DNA of 64,000 bases. Origin: a virus (Duplodnaviria > Caudoviricetes). Of the stretch, positions 60,276 through 64,000 are shown piece by piece. Made by a program: the position numbers and the translations under genes. The notes beneath the pieces were generated by a model, which was not told the DNA's origin, did no database searches, and saw nothing but the letters and a program-made list of their open reading frames with translations. The first letter of the stretch is position 1, and every line of letters starts with the position of its first letter. Where the stretch lies: positions 96,001-160,000 of IMG/VR virus record IMGVR_UViG_3300037249_001405; one strand, 5' to 3'.

Positions 60276-61235
60276 CTACTCTTCCTCTTCGTCATCCTCA
60301 GAACGAGGATCTACGTCAAGGGGATTGAAGTAGTATTGGTTACAGTAAGGGCAATAAATGCTCTCTCCGTTTTTCATAAGGTAAGTCTGGCTACCACACT
60401 GTGGACACTTACACTTATCCTCTGTAGTAAGAGTGGTTAAATCCTCCGGCATAGGGGCCAAAGGTTCATTGTACTCTTCCTCACCAAATCGGTTATTAGG
60501 ATCAAAAGCCTTGAACCGACTGATTGTAATAGCATCTCTACAATCCTCCTTTTTCTCTTCAACGAGGGTTCGAAGTTCTTCATCTTCAGGAAGAAGATCC
60601 ATCGGGATTGTTATAAATGCTTCTTTAATATTTTGATATGCACCCATACCAATAGTGAATGACTTCATAAAGCCCGATTCACGATCGAGGTAAGTTACAT
60701 TCAAATTTTTCCTTGGCAAATCATTAGAAGATATCTGATTTGAGATAGTTGCAATAAGGATCAACTTATCCAAATCACCTACTTCAATAATTTTGCCAGT
60801 CCTCCAATCCTCTACCTTAGCCTTAGTAAATACCTTAATAGGTACATCTGCTCCAGTAAGATAAAGAGCTCCTGTGTGAATTTCGTTCCTTTCTTCCTCT
60901 TCTTCCGTATCAGGATGGAAAATATGAGAAAGATAGGTTACATTATGGAACTTATCTCCATAGACTTGTTTAATCTCTTCGATCAACTCCTCTATTTCTT
61001 TAAGTTCATCGGGATTGGTTTTAGCGTAACCTAAAACCAAAGCATCACCGTCCTTAAAAGCTTCCGGAAGCTCGTCTTTGAGAGTGATGTTTTTCTTCTT
61101 AAACTCATCTACTTTGTTTAAGATTGCGGCGACTTCTTCGTCGTACTCAAGACTCTGATTGAATCTTGGGTCTTTTTCACAAATGAGGTCAATGTACTTA
61201 ACCCCATCTCGAGTGTTTACCTCTGTCCTGTACAT
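60276..61235 (-). CDS. Acidic protein with C-terminal Zn ribbon
   Basis: CPQCG-x10-YCPYC. Confidence 0.8.
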   Translation of the reverse strand: MYRTEVNTRDGVKYIDLICEKDPRFNQSLEYDEEVAAILNKVDEFKKKNITLKDELPEAFKDGDALVLGYAKTNPDELKEIEELIEEIKQVYGDKFHNVTYLSHIFHPDTEEEEERNEIHTGALYLTGADVPIKVFTKAKVEDWRTGKIIEVGDLDKLILIATISNQISSNDLPRKNLNVTYLDRESGFMKSFTIGMGAYQNIKEAFITIPMDLLPEDEELRTLVEEKKEDCRDAITISRFKAFDPNNRFGEEEYNEPLAPMPEDLTTLTTEDKCKCPQCGSQTYLMKNGESIYCPYCNQYYFNPLDVDPRSEDDEEEE

Positions 61236-61241
61236 AAAAAA

Positions 61242-61757
61242 CTAGTTTTTTGTAAATTTATTATATTTTTCCAGAAACTCCGGAAAATTTTCTTCAAATT
61301 CAATTTGATTAATGAAATCTGTGATTTCATCACGGGTTTTATCTTTCCAAATAATTTCAATTATCTGGTCAAATGAAACCAACCACTTCTTGCCTTTTTC
61401 GTCAAAATAAACTATTTTTAATTCATTGACAGAATGGCAAATGGAGGAACAATTGCCTTTATAGCTGTATGTATGAAGGTTATGGTAACATAGAAAAGGA
61501 GTAATATATTTAATATCCTCTTTTTCTATAATATCCCTATTGAGATATTTTTGGATATAAGCTAATACGTAAATTAGCTTATCATCCTCAAAGAATGTTC
61601 TTGCATCCTTCTTAATTGGGTAAGAATTGTAACATTTGGCATAATTATCGAACATGTCATTCCAAATGATTGTAATTTCAACAAGGTTCTTTGGCTTGTC
61701 GTCTTGAGGGATTTCTTTGATAAGAAGACCCCTGTTATATTCATATTTTGTAATCAT
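61242..61757 (-). CDS. Hypothetical protein, paralog family with 28611 and 58709
   Basis: FFEDDKLIYVLAYI...HSVNELKIVYFDE.G. Confidence 0.8.
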   Translation of the reverse strand: MITKYEYNRGLLIKEIPQDDKPKNLVEITIIWNDMFDNYAKCYNSYPIKKDARTFFEDDKLIYVLAYIQKYLNRDIIEKEDIKYITPFLCYHNLHTYSYKGNCSSICHSVNELKIVYFDEKGKKWLVSFDQIIEIIWKDKTRDEITDFINQIEFEENFPEFLEKYNKFTKN

Positions 61758-61777
61758 AAATATAATAAGTAGTTTTT

Positions 61778-61855
61778 ATTAATTAATATCTAGAAAAATA
61801 AAAAGAAGAAGATATAAACTAATTTATATCTTCTTCTTCATTAAGAGTTACAGGG
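61778..61855 (-). promoter_or_regulatory. Leader cassette, copy 12
   Basis: CTTA-ATGAA-G; GAAGAAGATATAAA/TTTATATCTTCTTC; TTTTTATTTTTCTAGATATTAAT. Confidence 0.8.
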
Positions 61856-61859
61856 ATTG

Positions 61860-62522
61860 TTACATGTACTCTGATTCAGTTCTACGATACCTTCTTAGAC
61901 GGTAGTTTGATGCAACGAGCTCTTCAAATGAAGATTCCTTGTACTCAATGTACACAGAATTAGGACCATGTTGCTCTTTCCATTCCAAGATTCTAAGTTG
62001 TTGTTCATCCCACTTCTTTTTTCTCTCCAACCATTCTGGAGTGAAATTACCGTCTTCTGGGAATTCAGGCATTTCAAGAAGAGGTTCACCATTAGGTGCA
62101 TACTCAATCTTCTTTTCTGGCTCTTCATTTACAGGTTCCGGCTCTACTACCTTCTGTGAACGTTGCTTAGCTTCCTGCTTCTGAATTCTTTTCTCCTGTT
62201 CAATTCGTTTCTGATAAGAGGCCTCTGTTGAATCAACGGTTACCTCATTAGCAATCTGTGGTGCACTCTTATCTCCTCTAAGGAGGAGGTAGACTAGAAG
62301 ACCACCGAGAGCCACTATCAAGAAGATAAGAACCCAAAGTCCTTTCATCTTCTTTGTCTTCCTATGTCCTTCTCCTGTAGCTCCACCAATTGGACCATAG
62401 GTATCAGAATAGCTCCTTTCTTTCGAGACAGATTTGTCACTTACTCTGTGGCTACCTGTGCCGTTGTAATCAATCACCGCCTTCTTATTGGCGGCATTTG
62501 CTCTTGATCTTGCTCCTGCCAT
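61860..62522 (-). CDS. Single-pass membrane protein
   Basis: TM GLWVLIFLIVALGGLLVYLLL; charged C-terminal domain. Confidence 0.8.
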   Translation of the reverse strand: MAGARSRANAANKKAVIDYNGTGSHRVSDKSVSKERSYSDTYGPIGGATGEGHRKTKKMKGLWVLIFLIVALGGLLVYLLLRGDKSAPQIANEVTVDSTEASYQKRIEQEKRIQKQEAKQRSQKVVEPEPVNEEPEKKIEYAPNGEPLLEMPEFPEDGNFTPEWLERKKKWDEQQLRILEWKEQHGPNSVYIEYKESSFEELVASNYRLRRYRRTESEYM

Positions 62523-62566
62523 TTTTCTTTGTTTTTTTTTAATTAATAGTTATTATGTTTATTTAT

Positions 62567-63403
62567 TTATTCAGCAACGACAACACCAGAATCACTTCCA
62601 ATGAAATCATCACCAATTGGTTTATTTTCTATTGTAAAACCAGCTCTTATATCCAAATCTTTCAAATCAGACTCAGACATACCAAGGAGATTCATAATGA
62701 ATGAATTTAGAGTTTTCTTATCTAACTCAATATGATCACGATTATGAATACCACTTTCAAACTTAATAATAAGGGTTATTTCATATTTCCCCTCTTTTCG
62801 AGATCCATTATTACCACGAAGCAATACACCAATCTCATCTTTTGAATCTAAGATTAGACCGTTGTTATCACTGTTAACGTTAATATCGTACCTCAAAATA
62901 CTTGACTGTAAAATTTTTTCTCTTACACAAGTATTCAATAGCGTATTAAAGTATTTCGGGATAATATACTTTAACATAGCCTCCACTTCTCTTTCATCAT
63001 CAACCCATTTATCTGTTTCAATAAAATTTGGAGTTGACTCAGAATAGTTGTAGCGTAAAGCTTTAACCTTAATAGCTTCTGTCATTATTTTAATGACATC
63101 TGGGTCATTCATATATGTATTAGTGAAATAAATTGGATTACTCAACAAATACATAAGAAAATCTATATTCGAAGAATCAGCTAACTCGACATAAGAGGTA
63201 ATTTGAGGATATATTCTTCTATAATCTTCCTCATTTTCTCCTTTTGTTGTAGATTTAAATGAGTAAGATTCAACAAATATTGATTGATAATTATCGGAGT
63301 TGACTTTACTCAAAACAGATTTCATAATAGACTCAGAAACATTTTCTAATTCTATTTCCACGGATCTTGTAATCCGTAATGTAGGAATTGTTCCTTCTTC
63401 CAT
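62567..63403 (-). CDS. Hypothetical protein
   Basis: 278-aa ORF behind leader cassette. Confidence 0.8.
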   Translation of the reverse strand: MEEGTIPTLRITRSVEIELENVSESIMKSVLSKVNSDNYQSIFVESYSFKSTTKGENEEDYRRIYPQITSYVELADSSNIDFLMYLLSNPIYFTNTYMNDPDVIKIMTEAIKVKALRYNYSESTPNFIETDKWVDDEREVEAMLKYIIPKYFNTLLNTCVREKILQSSILRYDINVNSDNNGLILDSKDEIGVLLRGNNGSRKEGKYEITLIIKFESGIHNRDHIELDKKTLNSFIMNLLGMSESDLKDLDIRAGFTIENKPIGDDFIGSDSGVVVAE

Positions 63404-63418
63404 TTTTTTTCATATTTA

Positions 63419-63504
63419 GTTAATATCGTGAAAAATAAAAAGAGAAAGTGAGTGTATGAATATAGAAACGTACACTCACTTTCTCAGTGATTAGATTTTG
63501 AGAC
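63419..63504 (-). promoter_or_regulatory. Leader cassette, copy 13
   Basis: CTAA-TCACT-G; GAGAAAGTGAGTGTA/TACACTCACTTTCTC; TTTTTATTTTTCACGATATTAAC. Confidence 0.8.
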
Positions 63505-64000
63505 TATTTCAAATTCTCAGCAAATTCTCTAATTACGCTGGCATCCTCATCAGAGAAGTCAGCATAATCTACTATTTTTTCTTTTATCAATTTTAGAATA
63601 ATAGTAAGAGATTCATCGTCAAACTGAGGCTCATCATAATCTTCCTCATCCTCTGGATCTACATAAGAGAGAACCCATTCAATATGGTCTGTGTCTCTTG
63701 TTTCAAACCATACATCTCTTGCGAGACATTTAGTTTTGGTAAGTTTAATTACCTCACGATACATAAACTTACCATTTCTCAAGTCCTCCGGAGTAACGTT
63801 TGGAAGATTTGAAATTAAATTAAGATCAATCAATACTCCATTAGAAGGCATTTGATAATCAACTTCAATCTTAGAAAGACTAGAATTTAACCAACCTTTC
63901 TTATTCTTCAATGAATCAAGAACCTTTTCATCACGGAAAATAATCCTCTCTAATTCACTGTAATCAAGATTCATATATTTACCGTACAAAGAATACAAAG
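63504..64000 (-). CDS. Hypothetical protein (probably partial, 5' end beyond window)
   Basis: Reading frame open to the window edge. Confidence 0.7.
   Translation of the reverse strand, partial: LYSLYGKYMNLDYSELERIIFRDEKVLDSLKNKKGWLNSSLSKIEVDYQMPSNGVLIDLNLISNLPNVTPEDLRNGKFMYREVIKLTKTKCLARDVWFETRDTDHIEWVLSYVDPEDEEDYDEPQFDDESLTIILKLIKEKIVDYADFSDEDASVIREFAENLK

Overview
AT-rich, gene-dense segment of a large (jumbo/huge) tailed phage genome read in the standard genetic code. The host is probably Bacteroidota; this is an inference from the absence of Shine-Dalgarno motifs, A-rich translation starts and a Bacteroidota-like LigA. Recognisable proteins: a divergent T4-gp20-like portal, IF-1, a fused ABC exporter, an AAA+/M41 protease, a nucleotidyltransferase, a PNKP-type HAD phosphatase and its catalytically dead paralog, a 3D-domain cell-wall enzyme, RtcB, and a replication/recombination block (GyrA/gp52-like topoisomerase subunit, SSB, FEN/RNase H, SWIM protein, single-chain Mre11-Rad50, NAD-dependent ligase). 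There are three tRNAs (Arg-TCT, Pro-TGG, fMet). The most striking content is non-coding. (i) A strictly spaced putative phage promoter, CTWR-N5-G, precedes most transcription units. (ii) 13 copies of a leader cassette lie in front of accessory operons only. In 12 of them a covarying hairpin starts at the invariant G, and the hairpin is followed by a U-tract and a conserved box. (iii) There are at least five candidate structured RNAs: a 711-nt closed RNA before tRNA-Arg, an ~800-nt GOLLD-like RNA after the Pro/fMet tRNAs, a raiA-motif-like RNA, and two unassigned RNAs of ~150 and ~340 nt. All family assignments come from motif recognition by eye; no searches were run.
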